A stretch of 64,000 nucleotides of DNA, taken from assembly GCA_964450435.1 (NCBI GenBank), contig CAYVCX010000002.1:43760-107759 (forward strand), written 5' to 3'. Of the stretch, positions 37,221-46,405 are shown one piece after another (position 1 is the first letter of the stretch; each line of letters opens with the position of its first letter). The notes under the pieces were generated by a model, which saw only the letters and a list, made by a program, of their open reading frames with translations, was not told the DNA's origin and did not search any database. A program made the translations under genes and the position numbers. The DNA comes from an uncultured Anaerolineales bacterium (GTDB lineage Bacteria; Chloroflexota; Anaerolineae; B4-G1).

Positions 37221-38000
37221 GTGACTCCACTGTCAAAAATCGCCATCAGCGGCAAGGGTGGGGTGGGGAAGACCACCCTGGCCGCCCTGCTCGCGCACAT
37301 CTACGCTGAGCGAGGCCGGGAGGTCACCGTCATCGACGCCGATCCGGTCGGGGGCCTGGCCCAGGCGCTGGGTCTTCCTGAAGAGCTCCTTGAGAAAGTG
37401 ACCCCGGTCGCGCAGATGGACGACCTGATCTACGAGCGCACCGGCGCCAAGCCGGGCACCTCCGGTGGCTTCTTCACTATGAATCCACGCGTGGACGACA
37501 TCCCGGAACGGTTTAGCGTGTCCCATCGCGGTATTCGTTTCCTCCGCCTTGGCACCATCGAAGCCGGAGGCAGCGGTTGCATCTGTCCCGAGAGCGCCTT
37601 GCTCAAGGCGCTGGTCACCCACCTGCTGCTCTATCGCGACGAGATGCTGATCCTCGACATGGAGGCTGGCGTGGAGCACCTGGGTCGTGCCACGGCTCAG
37701 GCGGTCGATGCCTTCCTCGTTGTCCTGGAACCGGGGCGGCGCAGCCTGACTACGGCCGAGCGCGTGCGCGAACTCGCGGCCGATATCGGCATTGCCCACG
37801 TCTATGCCGTGGGCAACAACGTCCGTGGGGAACAGGACCGGGCATTCCTGGCTGAGAGGAGCCCCGTGCCCATGCTCGGCTACCTCTCGCGGAACCCCCA
37901 GTTGACCGACGCTGATATGCGCGGGGAGGGGATCTACGATGCCGCTCCAAGATCCGTTGAGGAAGCGAGGCAGCTTGTAGCCGTGCTGGAGGACCTGTGA
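37221..38000 (+). CDS. cooC: Second CooC/AcsF-type Ni-insertion ATPase
   Basis: Walker A motif SGKGGVGKTT and the CxC metal-binding motif (GCICPE). GTG start after a GGAGGTG RBS. Confidence 0.75.
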   Translation: MTPLSKIAISGKGGVGKTTLAALLAHIYAERGREVTVIDADPVGGLAQALGLPEELLEKVTPVAQMDDLIYERTGAKPGTSGGFFTMNPRVDDIPERFSVSHRGIRFLRLGTIEAGGSGCICPESALLKALVTHLLLYRDEMLILDMEAGVEHLGRATAQAVDAFLVVLEPGRRSLTTAERVRELAADIGIAHVYAVGNNVRGEQDRAFLAERSPVPMLGYLSRNPQLTDADMRGEGIYDAAPRSVEEARQLVAVLEDL

Positions 38001-38755
38001 GACGAGGGGTCTCTCTCCTTGTCCTCTGCCTGGCGGCGACGTCCCTCACATCGCTGGATGCTTCGCCTGTCCGCGCGGAAGATCCACCGATCCTGCCTCC
38101 ATCGGCGACGGTGGAGGGGGTCCCGGCCCGTCCGCAACAGCGCAATCTGAGCTGCGAATCGCGTTCCGCCGCCGACCTGGCCGCCTACTGGGGAGCCGAG
38201 GTCGCGGAGGACGCCTTCTTCCGACGGCTGCCGAAATCGGACAACCCGCAGCGCGGGTTCGTCGGTGATGTGGACATGCCGCCCGGAAGCATGCCGCCCG
38301 ACGGGTATGGTGTCTATGCTCCCCCTGTCGCGGCTACGCTGCGTAGCTTCGGCCTCGATGCCCGGGCTCATCGTCACTTCGAGCTGGATGCGTTGAAGCG
38401 GGAACTGGCCGCGCAGCGGCCGGTTATCGTCTGGGCCACCTACGATATGCAGCTGCCGGGGGTGGAGACGTGGGTTTCGTGGGATGGAGAAGCGTCGACC
38501 GTCGTCCGCTGGCAGCATACCTTCATCGCCGTCGGCTACGATGACCAGGGCATCAGTTTGATCGACGCCTACGACGCCCGGACGAAGCGCTTCGCCTACG
38601 ATGCTTTTGTCGCCGCCTGGGATCAGCTCGACCGCATGGCTGTCACCGTCTCCGGGCCGTTGACGCGGCCGTCGCCCCGAAAGTGGACGATCACCACGGT
38701 CCAGGGGCTGCCCCAGTTCCTGATCGACGGCCGCTGGAGAGTGGGCCCGGAGTGA
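37997..38755 (+). CDS. Secreted papain-like (peptidase C39-like domain) protein
   Basis: Signal peptide (LLVLCLAATSLTSLDASP). A candidate nucleophile in NLSCESRSAADLAAYWG and a candidate His in QHTFIAVGYDD. The family call is by eye. Confidence 0.45.
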   Translation: MRRGVSLLVLCLAATSLTSLDASPVRAEDPPILPPSATVEGVPARPQQRNLSCESRSAADLAAYWGAEVAEDAFFRRLPKSDNPQRGFVGDVDMPPGSMPPDGYGVYAPPVAATLRSFGLDARAHRHFELDALKRELAAQRPVIVWATYDMQLPGVETWVSWDGEASTVVRWQHTFIAVGYDDQGISLIDAYDARTKRFAYDAFVAAWDQLDRMAVTVSGPLTRPSPRKWTITTVQGLPQFLIDGRWRVGPE

Positions 38756-38963
38756 GTTTAGATGCAGCGGCAGGCTCGTGGGCTGGATGCTTTCCACGCG
38801 CTGCCTGCCGCCACGGACCTATCCACTGGAAGCAGTAGATCCAGTGTTGCTCGGCCCGGATCCCTGGATTCGGGGCGGGAGCCGGGAGCTGCCGGCGTGC
38901 TGAGCGCAATGCTGGGTCTGCTGGGAATAAGGATCTGCTGGCTAAATCCTAGGAGGAGGAACG

Positions 38964-39917
38964 ATGCGTGACCTGCACGACGTTCAAGTGATGTTGGAGA
39001 AGGTTGGCATTCCGGGACAGGATGCCTATGATCTGTCTGACAGTCCCAAACGCTTTCCTGACGGGGCCCATTACCGCATGGAGATCTCCGGCGTCGAGCG
39101 CCCTCAGGTGCTGGAGGCGCTCATCGACGAGATGAACAAGCGGGATATCGCCATTCATCGTCTCATCTCCACCGTGATGGGGTCCACCCTGCTGGATGAC
39201 GCTGAGCTCAAGGACTTCGCCCAGATGGCGGCCGATGCCGATCTGGAGGTCATTATCACCCCCGGGCCGCGCTCGGGCTGGGACGTGGGCCGCCAGCTTG
39301 TGACGCCGGAGGGCGGACTCTCTGGCCTGCGTTACCGGGGGTCGGATCAGCTCACCTACGTCATCGCCGAGTACCTCCGCTGCATTGACCTCGGCTTCCG
39401 CGGCTTCCTCTGCATCGACGAGGGGCTTCTCTGGCTGGTCAACGAGCTGAAGGCGACCGGGGATATCCCTGAGGACGTGGTCTTCAAGGTCAGTATCTAC
39501 GCCGGCCACGCCAGTGCTGCTGGCGGCAAGGTGCTGGAGATGCTGGGTGCCTCGACCTTCAACCCCCTCGGCGACCTCACGCTGCCGGAGTTGGCTTCCA
39601 TCCGTCAGGCCATCGACATCCCTCTGGACCTCCACATCATGCTGTCCGACTCCTTCGGTGGCTTCAACCGCTTCTACGAGGGGGCGGAGATGGCTCGCGT
39701 CTGCTCGCCCTGTTACTTCAAGATCGAGCCGGGAACGGCCCTGGCGACCGGCCCCGGGGCCTGGTACAAGCCGTGGACCAGCCCGGACATGCTCGCCTGG
39801 CAGGCCCGCGAGAAGGTCAAGTACGCCCAGATCATCCACGAGTTGATCCAGGCCACCAACCCGCAGTTGACCCTCTCGGCCCTCGGCCCGGACGACCTGG
39901 CCATACCGGCGGTGTAG
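38964..39917 (+). CDS. Hypothetical protein (317 aa), family not recognised
   Basis: Long GC3-rich ORF preceded by an AGGAGGAGG RBS. Confidence 0.35.
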   Translation: MRDLHDVQVMLEKVGIPGQDAYDLSDSPKRFPDGAHYRMEISGVERPQVLEALIDEMNKRDIAIHRLISTVMGSTLLDDAELKDFAQMAADADLEVIITPGPRSGWDVGRQLVTPEGGLSGLRYRGSDQLTYVIAEYLRCIDLGFRGFLCIDEGLLWLVNELKATGDIPEDVVFKVSIYAGHASAAGGKVLEMLGASTFNPLGDLTLPELASIRQAIDIPLDLHIMLSDSFGGFNRFYEGAEMARVCSPCYFKIEPGTALATGPGAWYKPWTSPDMLAWQAREKVKYAQIIHELIQATNPQLTLSALGPDDLAIPAV

Positions 39918-39987
39918 CGTCGTCGGTTGGGGTTCCATCTTCCGTCTGACGAACCGATACTGAACACGGGGAGAACGAGCGAGAGCT

Positions 39988-40872
39988 ATGGACAATCTGA
40001 CTGAGTCGTTTGTTGAGTTGATCCGTCGAGCGGCCACAGATCTCCCGTCCGACGTCGAGGGCGCCCTGCGCGAGGCCCGGGAACGTGAGGCGTCCGGGTC
40101 GGCCGCGCAGGGCGCGCTGAACACGATCCTGGAGAACGTGGTTATCGCGCGGGAGAACAGCACGCCTATCTGTCAGGACACCGGTGTTCCCATCTTCTAT
40201 GCCTACGTGCCCGCGGCAGATCATCCGGCGTCCATCAGCACCCGCCACCTCCAGGAGCAAATCGAAGCCGCCGTCGCGGAGGCCACCGGGCGCGCCTACC
40301 TACGCCCCAACGCCGTCGATCCCGTCACCGGACGCAACAGCGGCAACAACCTGGGAAACGGCTTTCCTGCTTTCCACTTCCAGGAGTGGGGCGAGGACTA
40401 TCTCAAGGTCGACCTGCTCCTCAAGGGTGGCGGCAGCGAGAACGTCAGCACGCAGCTCAAGCTGCCGCATGCGCCACTGGACGCCGGCCGGGATTTGGAC
40501 GGCGTCCGCAAGGTCGTGCTGGATGCCATCTACCGGGCCCAGGGCAAGGGGTGCGCCCCGGCAGTGCTCGGCATCGCCATCGGCGCCGACCGCGGTAGCG
40601 GCTACGTCCACGCCAAGGAGCAGTTGTTCCGTCCCCTGGACGACGCCAATCCGCAGCCCCAGCTGGCTGAGTTGGAGGAACGGCTGCTGCAGGAGTGCAA
40701 TGAGCTGGGTATCGGCTCCATGGGCTTCGGCGGGAAGACCACCGTCTTCGGCGTCAAGATCGGCGCCTATCACCGCCTTCCGGCCTGTTATTTCGTCAGC
40801 ATCGCCTACATGTGCTGGGCCTGCCGGCGGGCAAGAATGACCGTGCGCGGGGGGGAGGTGAGGTTCCAATGA
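39988..40872 (+). CDS. fumA: Class I (Fe-S) fumarate hydratase / L(+)-tartrate dehydratase alpha subunit
   Basis: Motif PICQDTGVPIF, typical of Fe-S hydro-lyase alpha subunits. Confidence 0.8.
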   Translation: MDNLTESFVELIRRAATDLPSDVEGALREAREREASGSAAQGALNTILENVVIARENSTPICQDTGVPIFYAYVPAADHPASISTRHLQEQIEAAVAEATGRAYLRPNAVDPVTGRNSGNNLGNGFPAFHFQEWGEDYLKVDLLLKGGGSENVSTQLKLPHAPLDAGRDLDGVRKVVLDAIYRAQGKGCAPAVLGIAIGADRGSGYVHAKEQLFRPLDDANPQPQLAELEERLLQECNELGIGSMGFGGKTTVFGVKIGAYHRLPACYFVSIAYMCWACRRARMTVRGGEVRFQ

Positions 40873-41522
40873 GCGCGTTCGAGTTGACCGTCCCGATCTC
40901 CGAGGAGGACGTGCGCTCGCTTCACGTCGGCGACACGGTCCGTCTGTCCGGCGTCATCGTGACCGGGCGGGACGCGGCGCACAAGTATGTGACCGAAACC
41001 TTTATGCGTCCGTCGAAAGGCTCAGAGCAAGGTCCTCTGACCGTCCCCGAGAGCGAGCGCGAGCTGTACCAGGAGTTGAAGCGCCTGCTCCAGGGGAGTG
41101 TGATCTACCACTGCGGCCCCGTGGTCCGCCAGCGCGAGGATGGACGCTGGGAGTTCGTCGCCGCAGGGCCGACCACGTCCATCCGTGAGGAGGTCTACGA
41201 GCCCGGTGTCATCAAGCACTTCGGGCTCCGGGGTGTCATCGGCAAGGGCGGCATGGGACCCGACACACTGCGCGCCTGCCGTGACTACGGTGCGGCCTAC
41301 TTCCACGCCGTCGGCGGGGCGGCCTCTCTCATTGCTGATGCTGTCAAAGAGGTCCTCGCCGTGCACAAGAAAGAGGAGTTCGGCGTGCCCGAGGCCTTCT
41401 GGGTCATCCGCGTGGAGGACTTCCCCCTGGTAGTCACCATGGACACCCACGGGGAGAGCATCCACGACCAGGTCGAGGCGACGTCGAAAGCCGCTTTGGA
41501 TCGACTGGTAGCCGGCCCTTGA
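40869..41522 (+). CDS. fumB: Class I fumarate hydratase beta subunit (C-terminal catalytic domain)
   Basis: Follows the alpha subunit with a 4-nt overlap. A GGGAGGTG RBS precedes the ATG at 40869. Fe-S hydro-lyase beta family features. Confidence 0.7.
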   Translation: MSAFELTVPISEEDVRSLHVGDTVRLSGVIVTGRDAAHKYVTETFMRPSKGSEQGPLTVPESERELYQELKRLLQGSVIYHCGPVVRQREDGRWEFVAAGPTTSIREEVYEPGVIKHFGLRGVIGKGGMGPDTLRACRDYGAAYFHAVGGAASLIADAVKEVLAVHKKEEFGVPEAFWVIRVEDFPLVVTMDTHGESIHDQVEATSKAALDRLVAGP

Positions 41523-41545
41523 CCACGATCGAGGTGACAGGCAGG

Positions 41546-41610
41546 GCATGCTTCCGGGAAGCTATGCTGATCATCAACGCCAGGTGCTCCGGATCCGCCT
41601 CGCTGGCGTT
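41546..41610 (+). promoter_or_regulatory. Palindrome GCATGCTTCC-G-GGAAGCTATGC followed by an 8-bp-stem hairpin (AACGCCAG ... CTGGCGTT) at the start of a 413-bp non-coding gap
   Basis: Read directly from the sequence. This is the largest intergenic gap in the metabolic block, between fumB and korD. Confidence 0.3.
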
Positions 41611-41935
41611 CATCGCCAGAAGCAGCCGTCGGGCTTGCACGAGAATGCTGAGCAGAGCATCGACACAGGGCAGGAGGTAGGCCTGGCCGCACCAGCCGGA
41701 ACACGCAGACGGGGAGCCAGATTGTCCCCAGGCTGTGTGGGACGCAGTTGCCCCGGTGTCGGTTCTGTGGCAGAATGTCTGTGGCGGTTGTCGCTCCCGG
41801 TATGCTCCTTTGCTGAATAGGGTCAGCCAGAGCATATCGCGAGCCACCTGTCTCGAGAAGTGCGCGGCGGTGAACGCTGGTTTCCTGGCTTGGCACAGTG
41901 CTAACCCATCGTCCGACCTACGTACCAAGAGCCAA

Positions 41936-42211
41936 ATGAAATACTGGAGAGAACCACTTGACCTGAAAGACATCCGCGTCCCTCATGGCGAGATCCACGT
42001 GCTGGTGGAGCGCTGCAAGGGCTGCGGCTGGTGCGTTGAGTTCTGCCCCCGCGATGTATTAGAGGTCTCGGATGAGATCAACAGCAAGGGCTATCACCCA
42101 CCGAGGACGGTACGCCCGGAGGTCTGCGTCAGTTGCGGCCTGTGCGAGTTGCTCTGTCCTGAGTTTGCTATCTACGTCGTGGAGGAGGAAGGCGAGGTGG
42201 TGATACTGTGA
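41936..42211 (+). CDS. korD: 2-oxoacid:ferredoxin oxidoreductase delta subunit (2x[4Fe-4S] ferredoxin)
   Basis: Motifs CKGCGWCVEFCP and CVSCGLCELLCP. It is immediately upstream of korA, with a 4-nt overlap. Confidence 0.7.
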   Translation: MKYWREPLDLKDIRVPHGEIHVLVERCKGCGWCVEFCPRDVLEVSDEINSKGYHPPRTVRPEVCVSCGLCELLCPEFAIYVVEEEGEVVIL

Positions 42212-43410
42212 GCAAGGAGAACCAGGACCAGAACGGCGTGCTGTCAGGCGAGTTCTTCATGCAGGGGGACATTGCCTGCGCCGAGGGGGCTATCTGCGCT
42301 GGTTGTCGGTTCTTCGGTGGCTATCCGATTACGCCGGCCACCGAGGTGGCGCAGCGCATGAGCGAGCGCCTGCCGCTGGTGGATGGGATGTACATCCAGA
42401 TGGAGGATGAGCTGGCCTCGATCGGCGCGGTATTGGGGGCCTCCTGGGCCGGCGCGAAGGCTATGACGGCGACCAGCGGGCCAGGTTTCTCGCTGATGAT
42501 GGAGAACCTGGGCCTGGGCATCATGCTCGAGACGCCCTGCGTACTGATCAACGTTCAGCGCGGTGGTCCCTCCACTGGCCTGCCGACGCTTGCCGGTCAG
42601 GGGGACATGATGCAGGCCCGCTGGGGATCGCACGGGGACTATTCCATCATCGCGTTGGCGCCGTCCTCCCCGCAGGAGCTGTTCGACCTGACCATTCATG
42701 CCTTCAATCTCTCCGAAATCTACCGCACACCGGTGCTGGTGATGACTGACGCTGAGGTGGGGCATATGACCGAGAAGGTGGTCATTCCGCCGGCCGAGGA
42801 GATCGAGATTGTGGAGCGGCGGAAGCCCACGGTGGGGCCGGACGAGTACCGACCCTACTACGTAGAGTCGGGTGAGTGGGTGCCACCCATGGCTTCGGCC
42901 GGCGATGGGTATCACATCCACGTTACCGGTCTTACTCACGACGAGCGAGGCTATCCTGTCACGAGCGACGACAGCGCCCAGTGGCCGCTGGTGCAGCGGC
43001 TCATCGGAAAGATCGAGGAAAATAAGGATGACATCATAATCTTGGAGGAGGAGGGATTGGATGATGCCGAGGTGATCCTGGTATCCTACGGCATAGCCGC
43101 CCGCACATCTCTCTGGCCGATCCAGATGGCTCGCGAAGAGGGTATCCGGGTGGGGTTTCTGCGATTGGTGACAGTCTGGCCTTTCCCGGACAGGCACATC
43201 CGCACGCTGGCCGCACAGGTGAACGGGCTTGTCGTGCCGGAGATCAACATGGGACAGATCGTCCGCGAGGTCGAGCGCTGCGCTGCGGGCCAGGCAGAGG
43301 TGTTCCCGGTCTCCCACCCGGGCGGAGGCATCCACGACCCCCAGCAGGTGTTGAGCACCATTCGCGAGGCTGCGCGGTCTGGTGAGGAGACGCGACCGGC
43401 GTCCCAGTAG
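42208..43410 (+). CDS. korA: 2-oxoacid:ferredoxin oxidoreductase alpha subunit
   Basis: N-terminal motifs of Por/Kor alpha domain I (GNEA-like ACAEGAICAG, YPITPATE). Confidence 0.8.
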   Translation: MSKENQDQNGVLSGEFFMQGDIACAEGAICAGCRFFGGYPITPATEVAQRMSERLPLVDGMYIQMEDELASIGAVLGASWAGAKAMTATSGPGFSLMMENLGLGIMLETPCVLINVQRGGPSTGLPTLAGQGDMMQARWGSHGDYSIIALAPSSPQELFDLTIHAFNLSEIYRTPVLVMTDAEVGHMTEKVVIPPAEEIEIVERRKPTVGPDEYRPYYVESGEWVPPMASAGDGYHIHVTGLTHDERGYPVTSDDSAQWPLVQRLIGKIEENKDDIIILEEEGLDDAEVILVSYGIAARTSLWPIQMAREEGIRVGFLRLVTVWPFPDRHIRTLAAQVNGLVVPEINMGQIVREVERCAAGQAEVFPVSHPGGGIHDPQQVLSTIREAARSGEETRPASQ

Positions 43411-43424
43411 ATGGAGGCATAGCG

Positions 43425-44324
43425 ATGGTCTCGGAGACGAAGCACGATCCGCTGCCCAGCACGTTGGAGACAGACGGAAGGTCCCAGGGGTTGGACGAGG
43501 AGATTCACGGACGCCATCCGCTGGATGATCTGCTGCGCACCGAGCGTCTGCCGCACATCTGGTGTCCTGGCTGTGGGTTGGGGACGTCCTTGACCTGCTT
43601 CCTGAGTGCGCTGCGCAAATCGGAGCTGGATCTGGAGAAGACGGCTGTGGTCTCGGGAATCGGGTGCACCGGGCGGGTGGCGGGTTACGTCAAGTTGGAT
43701 TCCTTCCACACCACCCACGGGCGGGCCATACCCTTCGCCACCGGCCTGAAGCTGGGTAACCCGGAGTTGAAGGTGATCGTATTCTCCGGCGATGGCGATC
43801 TGGTGACCATTGGCGGCAATCACTTCATCCACGCTGCACGGCGCAACGTCGACTTGACCGTCATCTGCATCAACAACTTCAACTACGGGATGACGGGCGG
43901 CCAGGTCGGGGCGACGACACCCGTCGGCAGCATCACTACCACCTCACCGTACGGCAACTATGAGTACCCATTCAACGTTTCGGCCCTGGCGGCCTCGAGC
44001 GGCGCTGTGTATGTGGCGCGCTGGACGGTGCTCCACGCCCGGCGCCTGGAGCGCGCGATGACTGAGGCGTTGCTCAAACCGGGGTTCAGCCTGGTGGAGG
44101 TGATCTCGCCCTGCCCCACCGGGTTTGGTCGCCGTCACAGGCAGCGTGAGGGCCTGGACACGCTGCGGTACTATCGCGAGCACGGCGTGATCGATCACGA
44201 TGCTGACCTGCGCAGCGCGGACATCGGGCTGGGCAGCTCCTTCGTCGAGGGCAATTTTGTGAACATCGATAAGCCCACGTTCTTGGAGCAGCGGTCGGAG
44301 TGTTTGGCGCAGGCGCTGAAGTAA
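43425..44324 (+). CDS. korB: 2-oxoacid:ferredoxin oxidoreductase beta subunit (TPP-binding)
   Basis: Motifs WCPGCG and GDGD of the TPP-binding domain. Confidence 0.85.
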   Translation: MVSETKHDPLPSTLETDGRSQGLDEEIHGRHPLDDLLRTERLPHIWCPGCGLGTSLTCFLSALRKSELDLEKTAVVSGIGCTGRVAGYVKLDSFHTTHGRAIPFATGLKLGNPELKVIVFSGDGDLVTIGGNHFIHAARRNVDLTVICINNFNYGMTGGQVGATTPVGSITTTSPYGNYEYPFNVSALAASSGAVYVARWTVLHARRLERAMTEALLKPGFSLVEVISPCPTGFGRRHRQREGLDTLRYYREHGVIDHDADLRSADIGLGSSFVEGNFVNIDKPTFLEQRSECLAQALK

Positions 44325-44416
44325 CTCCGGTTCCGGGTCGGGCATGGCAGCTCGACCCGGGCTGGGTGAACATGCCTGAGTCGGCGTAGGGGGAGCTTGC
44401 AGGCAGGAGGCAAAAG

Positions 44417-45022
44417 TTGAATCGTCTGGAGATACGGCTGTCTGGTTTCGGTGGACAGGGGATTATCCGCAGCGGAGAGATCGTGGGCAGAGCGGCGACT
44501 CTCTACGACGGAAGGTATGCCACTTTCACGCAGAGCTACGGGCCGGAGTCCCGGGGCGGCGCTTGTGCGGCCCAGGTAATCATTGCCGATGATCCGGTGG
44601 AATTGAGCTATCCACACCTTGTGGATCCCGCGATTCTAATCATCATGTCGCAGGGGGCATATAATAAGTACGTCCCGGGCTTCCGGCGAGATGGGCTGCT
44701 CATCGTGGACGAGGAGCTGGTGGACCTGGACGAGGCGGCCGAGCACCTGCGCGTGATTGGCATCCCGGCCACGCGCCTGGCCGAGAGTCTGGGACGCCGC
44801 ATCGTGGCAAACGTGGTGATGCTGGGTTTCGTGGCCGCGATGACCGATATCGTCTCGGCGGAGGCTATGAAGAAGGCCGTGCTTGATTCGGTTCCGGAGG
44901 GGACGGAGGAGCTGAACACGCGCGCGTTTGAGGCGGGATTCGAGTATGCGCGGAAGCAGGGCTCGATAGACGACGTCGGGCGCAAAGACGATACCGAACG
45001 TAGCGCGCAAGGCGCGAAATGA
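44417..45022 (+). CDS. korC: 2-oxoacid:ferredoxin oxidoreductase gamma subunit
   Basis: Motif FGGQG at the N-terminus. TTG start after a GCAGGAGG RBS. Confidence 0.75.
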   Translation: MNRLEIRLSGFGGQGIIRSGEIVGRAATLYDGRYATFTQSYGPESRGGACAAQVIIADDPVELSYPHLVDPAILIIMSQGAYNKYVPGFRRDGLLIVDEELVDLDEAAEHLRVIGIPATRLAESLGRRIVANVVMLGFVAAMTDIVSAEAMKKAVLDSVPEGTEELNTRAFEAGFEYARKQGSIDDVGRKDDTERSAQGAK

Positions 45023-45061
45023 GGGCTACCACTCTGGAGGCGTGTTTCGTCGGCATATCAC

Positions 45062-46405
45062 ATGACCGGTGAAGAGGCTGATATGGTGGACACGGGACAT
45101 CTGGAGGATGAGCAACGGCCGACGGATGTCCTCGTCATCGGTGGGGGCATCGCCGGCATCCAGGCGTCGCTTGATCTGGCTGAGATGGGCGTGCGTGTGC
45201 ATCTGGTGGAGAAGAGCCCCACTATCGGCGGGCGCATGGCTCAACTGGACAAGACCTTTCCCACGAACGACTGCTCCACCTGCATCCTCTCGCCGAAGAT
45301 GGTCGAGTGCGACCGGCATCTCTATATTACGATCCATACCCTCTCGGAGGTCCAGGCCGTGACGGGTGAGGCGGGCGATTTCACGGTCCGGGTGTTGAAG
45401 AGAGCCCGCTTCGTGGATGAGCACGCCTGCACGTCCTGCGGCGACTGTGCCAAGGTGTGCCCCGTCGTCAGGCGGGATGAGTTCCAGATGGGTCTCTCAA
45501 CGCGGCGGGCAATCTACATCCCCTTCCCGCAGGCCGTACCCCAGGCGTACGTCAGAAATCCTGATGACTGCCTGGGCGACGAACCGATGGTGTGTGGGCG
45601 CTGCATCGAGGCGTGCAGCAAGGGCTGTGTCGACTTCGACATGCAGGACGAGATAATTGAGCTTTCGGTTGGTGCGATCGTAGTGGCGGTCGGTATGGAG
45701 ACATTCGATCCGGAGGCACTGACCGAGTACGGTTACACGCGCTATGATAATGTTATCACCGGCCTGGAGTTCGAGCGCTTGATCTGTGCCAGCGGACCCT
45801 CCGGTGGGCGTCTCATCCGCCTCACCGATCGCCAGGAGCCGAAGGTGATCGGTTTCATCCAGTGCGTTGGCTCCCGCAATCTCAAGTATCAGAGGTTCTG
45901 CTCCTCAGTCTGCTGCATGCACGCCACCAAGGAGGCCGTTCTCGCCCGCGAGCACATCCCGGATGTCCAGTCGCACATCTTCTACACCGACCTGCGCGCT
46001 TCTGGCAAGGGCTTCCGCCAGTACATTGACCGCGCCAGGGAGGAGTACGGCGTCGAATACATCCGCAGCCGCGTGGCGCAGATCGAGGAAGACGAGGACG
46101 GTCAGCTGGTCTTCCACTACGAGGACACGGCGACGTCCCGTCCTCAGGAGATGAGGGTCGATCTGGCTGTGCTGGCCACCAGTGTCATGCCGGGCCCGGG
46201 TGTGGCAACCCTGGCTGAGGTTCTCGGCCTCGAGTTGGACGAGTATGGTTTCTTCGAGACGAATCCCTTTTCGCCAGTGGACACCACGCGGGACGGAGTG
46301 TATGCCTGTGGGTGTTGTCGTGCTCCGGTTGACATTCCACAGGCGGTGGCTCAGGCCAGCGGTGCGGCGGCACGGGCGGCACAGGTGGTAGGCGCCAGGC
46401 GATGA
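45062..46405 (+). CDS. hdrA: HdrA-like FAD protein, short N-half type, with intact FPTNDCSTCILSPK motif
   Basis: Motifs VLVIGGGIAGIQAS and DKTFPTNDCSTCIL. Its stop overlaps the next start (ATGA). Confidence 0.8.
   Translation: MTGEEADMVDTGHLEDEQRPTDVLVIGGGIAGIQASLDLAEMGVRVHLVEKSPTIGGRMAQLDKTFPTNDCSTCILSPKMVECDRHLYITIHTLSEVQAVTGEAGDFTVRVLKRARFVDEHACTSCGDCAKVCPVVRRDEFQMGLSTRRAIYIPFPQAVPQAYVRNPDDCLGDEPMVCGRCIEACSKGCVDFDMQDEIIELSVGAIVVAVGMETFDPEALTEYGYTRYDNVITGLEFERLICASGPSGGRLIRLTDRQEPKVIGFIQCVGSRNLKYQRFCSSVCCMHATKEAVLAREHIPDVQSHIFYTDLRASGKGFRQYIDRAREEYGVEYIRSRVAQIEEDEDGQLVFHYEDTATSRPQEMRVDLAVLATSVMPGPGVATLAEVLGLELDEYGFFETNPFSPVDTTRDGVYACGCCRAPVDIPQAVAQASGAAARAAQVVGARR

Noticed and set aside
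41548-41820. The 90-aa ORF in the fumB-korD gap
   Set aside because: It has no RBS, Arg/Gly/Cys-rich low-complexity composition and no recognisable domain. It is more likely non-coding regulatory sequence.
41885-41905. Sigma54-like TGGCAC element (ttggcacagtgctaac) upstream of korD
   Set aside because: The -24 GG motif is present, but the -12 element is TAAC rather than TTGC(A/T). That does not meet the consensus.
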